From: Eledone cirrhosa
Lineage: Eukaryota
Direction: 5' to 3'
NCBI GenBank assembly: GCA_964016885.1
Contig: OZ024740.1
Location: forward strand, 411,618,001-411,682,000
DNA: 64,000 nucleotides
Positions 1 to 13,117 of this stretch are shown piece by piece; positions within the stretch are counted from its first letter, which is position 1; every line of letters starts with the position of its first letter. A program made the position numbers and the translations under genes. Below the pieces are notes generated by a model. It made no database searches. It saw only the letters and a list, made by a program, of their open reading frames with translations, and was not told the origin of the DNA.

Positions 1-3000
1 CATAGAAACGGCTGGGGTGCAGCACCTCTCTCTCCATCCTGATCCTTCTTCCGAAATGATATCGGAAGAAACGGACCAGTTGTTGGCCAGAGAGAAAGGT
101 GTCTGACCTCAGTCCTTTCAGACGCGTCCACCATACAACCTCTTTCGCCATGGCTATTACGCACAGAAACACCGCCTCTCCTTCGTTTTTGAAGAGGGGA
201 GGCGGCTTGATCGTTACAATAGACTCGGTGGTCAACCGGATCGGTCCCACCCTTGACAGCAGTTGTTCGACATAGCCCCACAGATCGGCAATGCCCGAGC
301 GGTGTACCAATGCGTGTGCAACGGTTTCCTCGTCGCACACGCATCTGGGACAGACCTTTTTCGATGGGTCCCTACCCGGGCGCCCGTGTCTGTAGAGCCT
401 TTCTCGAACGGGCAGAGCCCTTCTGTAGCATTGCCAGGCCAGGGACCTCTGGAAGTTATCCATGGGTCCCGGGCTGAATGTCCTACTGAACAGGTTGGCC
501 AGTTCGTCTTCCTCCATGCCTAGGGCTTCTCCAAGGGCGTCGTCGCACCTGCTAACCACCAGCCCTCTATAGAATGACGAGGTGGATTCTCCACTGACAG
601 CCGGGTCCGCCTGCCAGAGAGCCGTGAGCGCCTGGGCACACTCGGTGTGCCAGGCGCCCAGTTTTCTCGGTCTTTGCTTGACCCAGGATTGCAGCTCGGT
701 GAGTGAGACGAGTCTTGGAAAGGCTCGCCTCACAAACGGGGCCCACACTGGTTGACCGGAGAGGAATACCTGAAGGTGCCGTAGCCTTAATGCGTGTTTA
801 CGTATCATCAGCCACGGCATCCCCAGCCCTCCTTTCGAAGGGTGTTGACAGCAGATGGATCTCCTCACCATAGGAGCCCGCTTCTTCCAAAGGAATTGGA
901 AGCGTGCGCGCTCCATTTTGGCGAGCGTTTCCCTTGGGCAAGGCACCACGGTCAGGCGGTAGTAGATGACGGACGCTATATAAGTGTTCGCCACCTCCGC
1001 CCGACCTTTCAGGGACAGTTTGCACTCGGCCCACTTCTGGGTCAGTGCAAACACACTGCTCGTCACCTCACCCCAGTTCTTCTCCACCTGGAGGTCTGGT
1101 CCGAACCAGACCCCGAGCAATTTCACCGGGCCCTCCGTCCAGCGCCCGACGACGCCATCGGAGGGCATCGATCTGCCCCTCCACGTGCCGAGTTGCAGAC
1201 CGATCGACTTGTCCCGGTTCAGCTTAGCCCCTGTAAACCTTTCGTACTCCTCCAGTAAGGTGCCGATCGCCCCGATTTCCGAGGCCGTCGACACCATTAC
1301 TGTTACGTCATCGGCGTAGGCTGACACCGCTTTCCGCAATCCCGGTTCCAACGGGATGCCCTGCAACAACTCCAGCTTCCGCAGCAGTGGCTCTAGAGTC
1401 ACTACATACAGAAGGGAGGAGAGAGGGCACCCCTGTCGGATGGACCGCGCGATTTCGAACGGCTCCGAGAGGTAGCCGTTCACCTTGACCCTAGAGCAGA
1501 TGCGGCTGCTGTGCATGGCATTGATCCAGCCCCTGAAAACGGGTCCGAAGCCTGCCGCCGCTAACACCGCATCCAGGTAACCATGGTCGACCCTATCGAA
1601 TGCCTTAGATTGATCCAAGTTGATCAGGGCCCCACCAAAGCCGGGTTCGTTCCCAACCCTCTCTATGATGTATCGCATGAGGTGGAGGTTATCGTGGATG
1701 GACCTGGACGGGATAGCACATGTCTGCGCATCTCCCACCAGGTTGCCCACGACAAGCGCCAGCCTCTTTGCTAACACCTTGGCCAAAATCTGTAACTCTG
1801 TATTTAGCAGAGTTATGGGCCTGAAATTATTTATATCGTCCCCCTTGTTCTCGTCCTTCCTCACTAGCGTGACTACGCCCTTGGTCACAGCACAGGGAAT
1901 TCTCCCGTTCTGTCGCCAGTTGCAGTAGACCGCCTCGAGGAGATCGGGGAACAAGTCCGGCATAGCTAGATATAGTTCGTATGGAAGACCATCGAGACCC
2001 GGGGATTTGCGTTTGCCGCATTGGCTCAGCACGTCCTCTATCTCATCGGCTGAAATCGGCTCCTCGCAGGACTTCGCCTCCCTGTCCGAGAGACGCGGCA
2101 GGCCGTCGAGGTATGGACCGAAGTCCACGTCTCCAACCGGCCCCCGCCCCTTCCGAACAATTCGGCAAAGTGCTTTTGAAAAGCCTCGCACATCTGCTTA
2201 GGTTCAAGGATCACCCGTCCATCCTGGTCTCGCAAAGACCGGATAGTGGATCTGCTCCCTCTTTTGGCTTCTGTCACGCGGGCCCAGCTAACAGCTTTGG
2301 TCCCCTCGTTTCCCAGAGCACGTATTTTGCTTCGGACGATGCAGCCTTCGTGTTTCGCGTCGAAGAACTGGCCCAGGGCCGTTCTCGACGCTAGCACTCT
2401 GGCCACGTCGCCGCTTCTAATTGCCTCTTCTACACTATCTACCAACTCCCTTTCCTTCCTATTTCTATTGGAGGCTAACTCCTTACTAAATTCTATAGAG
2501 ACTACTCTAATCTCTCTTTTGAGAGATCCCCACCACCTGCTGTTGACGATGGCGCCCGTCAACCGCTCCTTAACTAAAGTGCTAATCCGGTTCCTGTAAG
2601 CCTTACTTGCCGGTAAGGACAAGTTGAGCTTCCAGTAACCGGGTCCCTGTCTATGAGTTCTGTCAAGGTTGACCATGCAGGTCACTAACTTGTGGCCTGA
2701 ATAGCCAACCATGCGCATTTTTGGACAACCTAAAAAGTCCTTATCCTTATTTCTAACTAAGAACCTATCTAGGTACGACCTAGATGTTCCGCTACGATTT
2801 GCCCAAGTCCAGGTTGGCGCAGTCGGAAAATCTAGTCGATATCTATCGGCCAGGTCAAATCGACCGATTAACCCTTTGAGGCTATTACACCCCTCTCTAT
2901 CGGGACAGGCCCCTACGTAGTCCCAGCGTGCATCTAGGATACCATTCCAGTCCCCCACTAATAGCAAGGAGCGAGACGTCCCTAGAAAAGTCTCCAGACG

Positions 3001-3372
3001 ATGGAAGAAGTCCGGCCGCATTGACCCGAAAGGGCCGTAGGCGGCTACCAACCTAAACGCTCCGCCTTTACCACTGCCAAGGTCCAGAACCACTAGTCGA
3101 CCCTCCGAGTCCAAATGTACCATCTGTGTTGCGAGACCCAGATGTTTTTGCAGCAGAACGACAACTCCACCCCCACTTCCGGGCTGACAGAGAGATGCGT
3201 GCATCTCAAAGTCATCAAAGGTGGGGGCCAGTTGTCGCACGTTGCTGCTCCGGGCCTCGCAAATAACCATCACATCTATACGTTGTGACCTGAGGTCATT
3301 TAGAAGCATTGCTTGCTTCCAAGTTGAGCCCAGGCCACGCGCATTTAAACAGCCTACTCTTAGCATAGCCAT
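1..3372 (-). pseudogene. L1/Tx1 ORF2 (APE endonuclease + reverse transcriptase), one frameshift near 2135-2150
   Basis: Starts MAMLRVGCLNARGL and has GDWN, YLDRF and GPGYWKLN. My translation of the downstream frame gives KSPGLDG, FRPITLLN, DQSKAFDRVDH, RQGCPLS and YADD (1307-1318), open to position 1. Endonuclease SDH reads SGH. Confidence 0.92.
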
Positions 3373-3396
3373 GTTGGTGGTGAAGAGAAAAGGCAC

Positions 3397-5194
3397 TTAC
3401 CTCTCTGCGTCCCGGGTATCGGGCTGCACAATTTCCATTAGGGTGGGGGATGGGTTGTTGGATGGGGTGTTGGTTTGTGGAAGTTTAGGGGCATCAGTGT
3501 GTTGTGTGGTTGGGGAGCTTCGAGTTGTGTGGGTGTTTGGGGAGGGGGTGGGATAGTTTTTTAGGAGGACGCGGTTAATGGGCCCGACGCAGAGGGGACC
3601 CACGTCCTCTTTAAAATTGTTTTTTAAAGTTTTATAGGTGTCCTGTGGGGCCTTAATCATTTTGAGGTGGGGGAAATCCCCTGCCTGGGTGAAGTTAGGC
3701 CCTTGTGTTTTTATTAGATTGTTGTTGTACACAATGTTTAACAGTTTTTTGTTTCTTGTTTTTATGTATGTGTATGCATGTTTTTGTTTTTGTGTGGTGT
3801 TTTTTGTTTGCTGTTGTTGTGAGCTCTTTTGTGTTGGTGTCAGTGTTATGTTTTGGGGAGGGGTTGTTTTCATTTGTGTGTCTGAGGTGTGTTTTCTTTT
3901 TTTTCTTTTGATTGTGTGGAAGTGCTCCTCCTCGTCTGACAACGAACTAGGGTCATCTTCCGCGTTGGAGGGGAGGGGTATATTTTCGGGTTGTGTTTGC
4001 GGTACGGGTGTTTTGGAAATTGTTTTTGTTTTTTGAGTGGAGGGGATGGGTTGGACATTGTTTTGTTTTGGTTTGAGCTGTGGTGGTTGTTTATGTAGTG
4101 GTAGTTGTGGTGATTGTGTTGGTTGTGCAGTTGTTGGTGGTGTAGGCAGGATTGGGGTTTTCTTATTAAGTTGGGGACAGACAGCCCTCAGGTGACCTCT
4201 GGTTCCGCAGAGGTAACACGAGGGCCGTCTACCCTCAACGGTAATGTTGATGAAGGTTAGATCATCCAGTATGACGCGTTCAGGGATCTGGGCGATCCTT
4301 TCGGGCCTCATTTGAACTACAAGTTCGAGGTTCATTCCACTGAACGCGTCACCCGATGCCTTTCCCATGGACACCAGCATGTCATCCTCCAGGTTCAGAA
4401 AACCTGTCAAAACCCACCATATGTCCATAATCGGCAGGATGGTGTGGATTTTTATTTTTTGTGTTCTTCTACCCATGTACGTAGGGTAGAAGGTGTATGC
4501 GGTGGATGTGATTGGTTTTATGGACAGTTTCACTGCTGTGTCCCTGTCCTTCATGAGAATGGATAGACTCCCGTAGAGTCTATCCTTCTGAATGAAGGTG
4601 ATGTCCTTCATGACGTCTTTTAAAACCAGCTCTATCTCGCTCTGTGATGGTTGAGCTGGTTTTTTACTTTTGTTCGAGATTGTCCTAAACATGACCGTGT
4701 TTAGGAGTCTCTGGCTTTTTAGTTCCGGGGGGGGGGGAATGGATTGTGAATGAACCATTTTCTCCGTACACTATATATTTTTTCGCATCCGCCATTAGCT
4801 CCTTCGCTTTGGTTATATCTACTGGCAGATAGTCGAGGGTTTTCCTTGTCGGCTCGGCGAAGGAGAAATTTTGTTTGTTTGTATTGTTGTTGTCGTTGGT
4901 GGTGTTGTTGTTATCATTGTTGTTGTTGTCACCGTTATTGGTCTTGTTGTTGTTGTTATTGTTATTGTTATTGGTGTTGTTTTCGTCCGTCGCATTGTTG
5001 TTGTTGTTGCTGTTGCTGATGGTTCTTTGGGTTGTTGCCATGGCAACGTCAAGTTGTCGGTTAACAGGTGGAGAGAATTCTTCCTCTGGCTGACCTTTCT
5101 TCTTGACCTCTGCTACTGTGACAGTGGCAGGGGGAAGCTGTAAGTTCATCTTCCCCTTTCCTCCTTCGAATTTTGGTGAAGAAGCTTCGGCCAT
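3397..5194 (-). pseudogene. L1/Tx1 ORF1 (zinc-knuckle nucleic-acid-binding protein), frameshift at G run 4727-4737
   Basis: ORFs 4685..5194 and 3397..4758 overlap at the homopolymer. CYLCGTRGHLRAVC knuckle; Asn-rich N-terminus. Confidence 0.88.
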
Positions 5195-5922
5195 TTAAAA
5201 AAAATATTGACTTTTCAACAAGAAAAAACTTTTTTTTTTGTTTAACTATTTCGCCTAAAGGCGTAGAATATTTTGAGAGACTGACCAGATCAAAGTTTGA
5301 CCTGGCAGTCCCTCTACAAAATGGTACAAAAATTAAAGTTATCAGACAAGAATTTCTATAGAAATTTAAACAGAACTTACTCAGCAAGTCATACGCGTGT
5401 GTCCATCCCAGAGATAGAGATAGATAGATAGATAGACGTAATTTTCTGTGCATATGTTTATGCGAGCAGCATCAGTTGACGTTGTTTGTCGGTGAGACCC
5501 CCCCCCCCCCCAGAGTTAGTACTTTCAAATAAATAAAAAATATTCTCTATCATTCCGCATGGAGTCCACAGGTAATCCCTCTTCCCTCTCCCTCATAAGT
5601 CCTGCGCCCCAACGAACAGTCTGTTGGTACAAAAAGCTACTATGAGGCCAATATCAAATTCATTTAAGCTAACATATGCAGCAGAGCATAAATGAAAACT
5701 TGTGCAATAGCTTAGAAGCCCCAAACGAAAGCTTAGACTGAAAGCAGTATTATATCTAGGTCTTTCCCCAAGTAATTAAATCTATAAGCCAACAACAATA
5801 CTCTAAGTGGTCGACTGAGCTGCTTTCTATAACTATTCAGTCTGCTTCAAACCAAATCACTTTAAATTTAAATAGGAATGGCATACTGTGTAGTTTATTC
5901 GTTACACATTGCCGAAATGACT

Positions 5923-6120
5923 AAACAACAGCAACATCATCAGCATCAACGGTTAATATCATCGTCATCATCATCATCATCTTTCTCATCATAATCACCA
6001 TTATCATAGTCAACATTACTATCATCATCGTCATCATGATGTTCATCATCATCGACATTGTCAACGTATTCGCCGCCGTTGTCGTCGTCATTATCGTTGT
6101 CATTGTCACCGTCGGCGTTA
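5923..6120. repeat. Degenerate (CAT/CGT)n trinucleotide low-complexity tract
   Basis: Directly visible repeats. Confidence 0.85.
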
Positions 6121-6142
6121 TTTTCCTAGTCTTTATAATAAT

Positions 6143-6361
6143 GGTTTCTTATATAGGCACAAGGCCAGCAATACTGGGGGAGGGGAAAGTCGATTAAATC
6201 GACCCCAGTACGTTATTGGTACTTTATTTTATCGACCCCGTAAGGATGAAAGGCAAAGTTAACCTCGGCGGGATTTGAACTCAGACCGTAAATGAACGTA
6301 ACTCTATGCTGTAAAGCATGGTGTCCGACTCCCTACCCATACTGTCAATCCAGCGCCTTAT
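6143..6361 (-). mobile_element. tRNA-derived SINE with target-site duplication
   Basis: Reverse complement of the gttcaaatcccgccgagg...ggggtcgataaaataaagtacc family. TSD tagtctttataataat at 6127-6142 and 6362-6377. Confidence 0.88.
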
Positions 6362-6887
6362 TAGTCTTTATAATAATAAAAAACAAAGCACTGGTTAGAA
6401 ATGATAACTATTCATTGTGTAGCGACAGTGAAGATAAGTTAAAGGTCTTGTTTCTGGATGTCGAATCCTATCAAACAGTATATTTAAATATATAGACAAT
6501 ATAGTGGTATCCAATAACAGCTGGGGGTATGATATTGTAGTTAAACCGGGTGAGAGATTAAACCCATCAATCGCCAAAGAACTTAGACTGGAAGTTGTAA
6601 AAAAAAAATAAAACAAAAGCGGTGCTGTAGAGATTCTACCTGTCACTCACTTTGGACAGGTATTATATTTTATCAAGCCCATATGATGTGAAGAGAATTG
6701 ATATCAGTGGCTGTGAACTCGGAGTGTAATTATTGATGAGAACTACTGCAGCAATTCCAAATATAAAGATCTGGAAACAGAAATATCAAGTATACTGAGA
6801 TGCATAACAAATTTGGTATGGGCATAGACAATGACATAAAAAAAAAGAGAAAGAAATACGAACATGGCGAGGAATATATAATAAGAA

Positions 6888-8350
6888 AAACTGGGCGGAG
6901 GTTACGAACAGGGTGTTTGCACTGACCCAGAAGTGGGCCAGTTGCAAACTATCCCTGAAAGGTCGGGCGGAGGTGGCGAACACCTACATAGCGTCCGTCA
7001 TCTACTACCGCCTGACCGTAGTGCCCTGCCCAAGGGAAACCCTCACCAAGATGGAGCGCGCGCTCTTCCAATTCCTTCGGAAGAGGCGGGCTCCTATGGT
7101 GAGGAGATCCATCTGCTGTCAACACCCTTCGAAAGGAGGGCTGGGGATGCCGTGGCTAATGATGCGTAAACACGCATTAAGGCTACGGCACCTCTACGTA
7201 TTCCTCACCGGACAACCGGTGTGGGCCTCGTTTGTGAGACGAACCTTTCCCAGACTCGTCTCACTCACCGAGCTGCAATCCTGGGTCAAGCAAAGACCGA
7301 GAAAACTGGGCGCCTGGCACACTGAGTGTGCCCAGGCGCTCACCGCCCTCTGGCAGGCGGATCCGGTTATCAGTGGAGACTCCACCGCAACATTCTATAG
7401 AGGGCTGGTACGCAGCAGGTGCGACGACGCCCTCGGAGAAGCCCTAGACATGGAGGAGGACGAACTGGCCAGCCTGTTCGGTAGGACATTCAGCCCGGGA
7501 CCTATGGACAACTTCCAGAAGTCCCTGGCCTGACAGTGCTACCGAGGAGCTTTACCCGTTCGAGAAAGGCTCTACAGACACGGGCGCCCGGGTAGGGACC
7601 CCGCCAAAAAGATCTGTCCCAGATGCGTGTGCGACGAGGAAACCGTTGCACACGCATTGGTACACTGCTCGGGCGTAGCCGATCTGTGGGGCTATGTCGA
7701 ACAACTGCTGTCAAGGGTGGGACCGATCCGGTTGACCATCGAGTCTATTGTAATGATCAAGCCGCCTCCCCCCTTCAAAGATGAAGCAGAGGCGGTGTTT
7801 CTGTGCGTAATAGCCATGGCGAAAGAGGTTGTATGGTGGACGCGTCTGAAAGGACTGAGGTCAGGCACCTTTCTCTCTGGCCAACAACTGGTCCGTTTCT
7901 TCCGATATCATTTCGGAAGAAGGATCAGGATGGAGAGAGAGGTGCTGCACCCCAGTCGTTTTTATGAAAGGTGGGTGAAAGTGGCGAGAATGGCCCGTGT
8001 GAATGGGCCTTCTCTTTACATGAGCCTGTAGGTGGAAAAGAGGAAGGAACGAGGGAGCACCCCCTCTCTGTGCTCCTGAGGAAAAGGGTTGCACACTTTT
8101 TTCGGGGGTGTGTGCGACCCCCCAAGGCGCCTCCTCTCTATTGAGGATTTTGTTATAAATTTTATTTTTTGTTATATTTTATAACAAAATCCTCTATTGA
8201 GGATTTTGTTATAATTCTATTTTTTGTTATATTTTATTTTATTTTTATATATTGTTATTGCCTCCTCCCTATTGAGGACGCCTTGTTTTGTAAACTCCCC
8301 CCATTGTACTTGTCCCACTTTTGATGCCCTTGTGGCAAATAAAAGAAACA
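6888..8350 (+). mobile_element. 5'-truncated L1/Tx1 copy (family a): ORF2 C-terminus and 3' UTR
   Basis: Close match to the reverse complement of 1-1084. In-frame TGA at 7531-7533, ORF2 stop at 8031, 3' end cccttgtggcaaataaaagaaac. Confidence 0.93.
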
Positions 8351-8359
8351 TATCCGTTT

Positions 8360-9480
8360 GTAAGGATGTCCACGTAAAACATGAGCAATTTTCAACATAA
8401 AATTGCGAGAAATCTAAAGGACATAAAATTATCATCTAGTGAATGGGAACTATTTATGATACGGAGAAATTGTGGGATTATGAAGCGGTCTAAGTCTGAG
8501 GTAAATTGGAGAAAATAATAATCAATAATAAACGCATTAACCATTACAACCAAAAGCAAGTGTAAATCGGTTGTTCGTGAAAGGAACGGCACAGTTGGAG
8601 GAACAGTGCTATGAGAATGCATCGAGAATGAGAGACGAGCAATTATTTATCAGCTATTAAATAATAAAGGATGATTACCAGTATTCCTCAGCATTAATGA
8701 GCCTAGAAAAGCGAAATACGGAGATATAGATAGAATAACTTAATAAACCAATTCTGGAACGGTATTTCATGGCCAATTTGAATGGCAGACATCTGAAATA
8801 AACACTGAAAGTTCTTGGTATTAGCACTCCCACGGGGTGCCGAGAGTAGAAAGTGGAGGAAACAGGATACTAATATATAAATATCTGAGGTGATAACACA
8901 AAGACAAAAAATGAAACATGAAAATTAAGACATAGATATGTAAGAAATACAGTGATACCTCACCTGAATACTGGAAATGATATACAAGTTGTCTCTTTTA
9001 TTTGACACAGTGTAGGAATCATTAACTATAACACTTAAGATATAAATGATATTGATTGCAAAGCTACAACATTGCTCATATTGGACAATGTGTTTAACAA
9101 AATAGTTAATATCGAAAACTTGTATACGAAACGTTGTGATGCTGGAAGAGGTCTTATCGTTGTAGAAGACTTTGTTACAAAGGGGCAAAATAAGGAAAAA
9201 TGCAAAGTGCCTGTCTTAAAGTGTAAGAAAAATAACTGACGGCAAAAAGTTTGTATATGGTTAAAAGCAGAACAGAAAACCTGAACGATAAAAATGCACA
9301 GAGTTTAGAAGTACTTTGACATGGGACTCAACTAAAAAAGCTGGACTTGAGGAAATCCCTATAATGGTAGTCTGAAATCAGGTGACATAGACACGAGAGT
9401 TACAAAGATATATAAACAAATGGGATATATCTTCAATATGTCGATATGGAAAATGGGTCTTCTGCACAATATTTTGCTTA
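8360..9480 (+). mobile_element. Highly decayed LINE remnant, possibly R4/Dong-like
   Basis: Scattered degenerate resemblances to the FWxGIW, MVPH and C-terminal segments of the element at 25428-27878; no intact frame. Confidence 0.3.
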
Positions 9481-9869
9481 GTTTATATTTAAATATTGAA
9501 TGTTGGATCTATGCAAGCGAAGCTAGTTCCATTATCAGATATATTCCTTGGTTATATGTATGATATTGTATCGTTATTGTTTTCGTTCTTAATTTCGAAG
9601 TTATCAAAATGAATTTGAGAAATACAAAATAAAGTTTCTCTTCCAAACAACACACGAAAACTTCATGCTTCTTTGTGAATCACCTATATTTCTTTCTTTT
9701 TTTAAAATAATTTCGATGCCATTATAAATTGCAAACCAAAGCAACGCCCAAAAGGTCCATAAATATCGTCGTTATTACAGAGGTCAATTACATATATAAC
9801 CTAGTGGCTTATAATGCCTATACGTCTGTTACTCACCCCTCCCCATATATATATATATGTATATATATA

Positions 9870-9925
<56 letters not shown>

Positions 9926-9932
<7 letters not shown>

Positions 9933-10307
9933 GTTTGTATTTGTAAAGCCAAGACAATGCAGGTATGGACATAGAATAAAGAATGCAAATGCAAAAGATA
10001 TTGTTAACAATTAGTCTTTTACCTTAGATTTATTTAAACGTCCTTAATTTTCGAGATAATATCTCTTCTTCGGGGGGAAGTAAAGCGGTTAAACCAGTGT
10101 TCTAAATAGCTTGCCAAGTCGAAGAAGAGATATTATCTCGAAAATTAAGGACATTTAAATAAATCTAAGGTTAAAGACTAATTGTTAACAATATCTTTTG
10201 CATTTGCATTCTTTATTCTATGTCCATACCTGCATTGTTTTGGCTTTACAAATACAAACGTTTATACCTCATTACACTATGCTTCAAGTGAACTATAACT
10301 TCCTCCA
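9926..10307 (+). mobile_element. (TA)n-flanked fold-back insert with degenerate hammerhead-like motif
   Basis: Inverted arms about 9926-10072 and 10120-10266 plus a ~40 bp tail. Motif CGAAGAA-gagat/atctc-GAAAATTA-aggac. Confidence 0.75.
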
Positions 10308-10330
10308 TATATATATATATATATATATAT

Positions 10331-10549
10331 CAAAGGAATTGTGGTAAGGAACCAGATGGACCATAACGCACCAGAGTACTCAATACTTAGGGTAGTAGAG
10401 TGTGAAATAGGAAAAGGTATGACCGTCGAAACGGCTTAAGCTCTGCCGTCGGGGTCATACTTTTTCCTATTTCCCACTCTAGTAACCTAAGTATTGAGTA
10501 CTCTGGTGTGTTATGATCCATCTGGTTCCTTACCACAATTCCTTTGTTA
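10331..10549 (+). mobile_element. Fold-back of a Penelope-like terminal repeat (family A)
   Basis: Arms 10331-10424 and 10453-10546. The loop is the GAAACGGC...GCCGTC half of the HHR. Same sequence as the 3' end of the element at 36560-36757. Confidence 0.85.
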
Positions 10550-10617
10550 TATATATATACACACATATATGCGCGTGTGCGTGTGTGTGTATTAATATGT
10601 ATATATATATATATATG

Positions 10618-10895
10618 GAGGCACGTGGCCTAGTGGTAAGAGTTTTGGACTTACGATCATAATGTCATGGGTTTGATTCCTCGGCTGCGTGTTGTGTTCT
10701 TGAGCAAAACACTTCATTTCACGTGGCTCCAGTATACTCAGCTGAAAATGAGAACCAGCAATAGCTGGAGGTTTAACCCTGCGATGGACTGGCATCCTAT
10801 CCAGGTGGGAGTCTTGTACTCTCAGTCGCTTCACGCTATGAAACCGGCATAAGCACCGACCAAATGAGCCTTCTTGCTTAAGACAGTCTTTAGAC
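10618..10895 (+). mobile_element. tRNA-derived SINE, second family (CORE-like segment)
   Basis: A box tggcctagtgg, B box ggtttgattcc, gtgttcttgagcaaaacactt core. Confidence 0.75.
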
Positions 10896-11045
10896 TTTAT
10901 ATATATATATATATATATTTATATACTGTATATATATTTAAATGAAAACATGAATATAATTCCGTTTGTGTAGGTCAAATCAAATATGTCCATCTCTTCC
11001 CGCATAGATTCTCCTAAATTTCTCCTGGTGACACACATACACACA

Positions 11046-11086
<41 letters not shown>

Positions 11087-11652
11087 ATAGCCACTTACAC
11101 ACACTCATACACACACACACACACATATATATATGAACAAATGTGTTAAATGCTAGTTGTGGTGAATGAGTATGATGACGTTCAAATGTCTGTCTTCACA
11201 AATATATGACGTACAAATTGGATTAAAGATACACCAGTTTAATGTTCTAATCTACTATGAATTGAATCGTGAGACGACATACAGCACATCAGTGATGGTT
11301 TCTCATCATGATGTCGAATTGAAAAGCACTAGAGGCTGATTTAACTGAATGGCGGCTATGATTTGCTGTTGTTTACGAGTCACTAGCCGAAAGTTATAGA
11401 ACAGCATGTTATCGTATGTATTGTCATTACGGATCGTATATTATATTAGCATAGAAATCGTTTCCATATCAAAATACTTAAAAGCAACAACAGAGAAATG
11501 ACAGAAAATGATATAGTACAATGTAGATATTACATACTAATATATCACCTACGTTCAATCGTGGAATTGTTACAAGTTTCAAAATATATATAAACGATAT
11601 TATATGGACCTGCATATGGGCCTAGAAACACATTCACTTGAAGAACATTACG

Positions 11653-11680
<28 letters not shown>

Positions 11681-11683
<3 letters not shown>

Positions 11684-12712
11684 TTATCTATAAAAGGCAG
11701 ATTGTTGTTGTTGTGTGTGTGTATGTGCATGTTCCATGTTTATACATTTGCACAATTTGAAACTGATTCGACTCAAAATCTCTGTAAGAATGTTGTAAAT
11801 GGTCTAACTTAGGTCACCGACTATTTATTTCATTCAAACTAACCCACAATTACGGACATAATCGATAAAACTAAATACATAACGCTTTAACCCTCTAATA
11901 CAATCAGATTTACTCTCTCTACTTCCCTTAAAATTCGATGAAACTACATACATGCAGCAACTTTCTCTTATATACGATTAAACTTACAAACTTTAAGAGA
12001 GAGAGTGAGAGAGAGAGAGAGAGAGAGGGGGAACTTTTGTTTTTGAGTGTGGAACGGTCAAACATTTATTTACTTCAATGACAAAGAGAACTTATTACAT
12101 TTCATACCAAACAACAATTATTAAAAAGCAACAGATAAATTTATTCAACAACAACAAAAATAGCGATAAATCTTTTTTAAAACATCTATGAACGAACGTG
12201 GAAGAAAGAAGTATCAGTTCATTTACTATACACAATAATATACTCTCTGAGGTTACTAAACCTGCTAGAAACAGCAGCTAACTCTCCCCCATATCACACC
12301 ACTCCCTACTGTCTTAAATTTAGAAAACATATCCTCTATAGGTCACTAAACCTGCTAGAAACAGCAGCTAACTCTCCCCATATCACAACCCTCCCTACTG
12401 TCTTAAATTTAGAAAACACACATTAGACAACCATGCAGAACAACTCCATCGCAGCTCTGTTGTTCGGCTGACATCTTCTACGCGCGTGTTGCACAAGTAC
12501 TGTGAAACAATAAATTTTAACACTTCTTTGCACAGAGATAATATCCATAGGCGAAACTACAATTGTCACTGCTGGTGCAGCTCCTGGTTCGGCAGTCCTG
12601 GTCTGCAATTCATTCACCCAGTGCCTGACAAAAAAGTGCTGCCATAAAATGGGTGGTGCAACCTAACTTTGGTAACTTGCTGACCCCGAGCAACGCCGGG
12701 CTTTAATGCTAG
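11681..12712 (+). mobile_element. Non-autonomous Helitron
   Basis: 5' TC..tataaaa start; 3' hairpin ccccgagcaacgccggg followed by CTAG|T, shared with 16639 and 18159. Internal ~90 bp direct repeat at 12240-12418. Confidence 0.8.
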
Positions 12713-12717
12713 TATAC

Positions 12718-12785
<68 letters not shown>

Positions 12786-13034
12786 TAAATCATGTCATTA
12801 GAATTATTAGATAAAATATATACCATTTCCTCTCCCAATTAGCATAATTAACCATATCAAAAATCAATTAGACCAAGCTATAAGAATAAAGGCTCCTATG
12901 AAGAAATTTCCGACAAATAACCTAAATATATATATAAGATATATTGCTCTGATTATTTAATTTATTAATTCTTCATTGAGCCACAACGTGACCGGTTGCA
13001 ACATATATATCTATGACTTTATGTATATGTAAAC

Positions 13035-13110
<76 letters not shown>

Positions 13111-13117
<7 letters not shown>

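Larger units (their letters stand above)
1..5406 (-). mobile_element. L1/Tx1-clade non-LTR retrotransposon, near full length (family a), 3' end outside window
   Basis: 5' UTR, ORF1 with CCHC knuckle, then ORF2 with APE endonuclease, RT and C-terminal Cys/His motif. The 5' end abuts a (GATA)n tract. Confidence 0.95.

Noticed and set aside
8146-8240. Hairpin in the L1 3' UTR as another ribozyme element
   Set aside because: Small local inverted and direct duplication with no HHR core or TA flanks.
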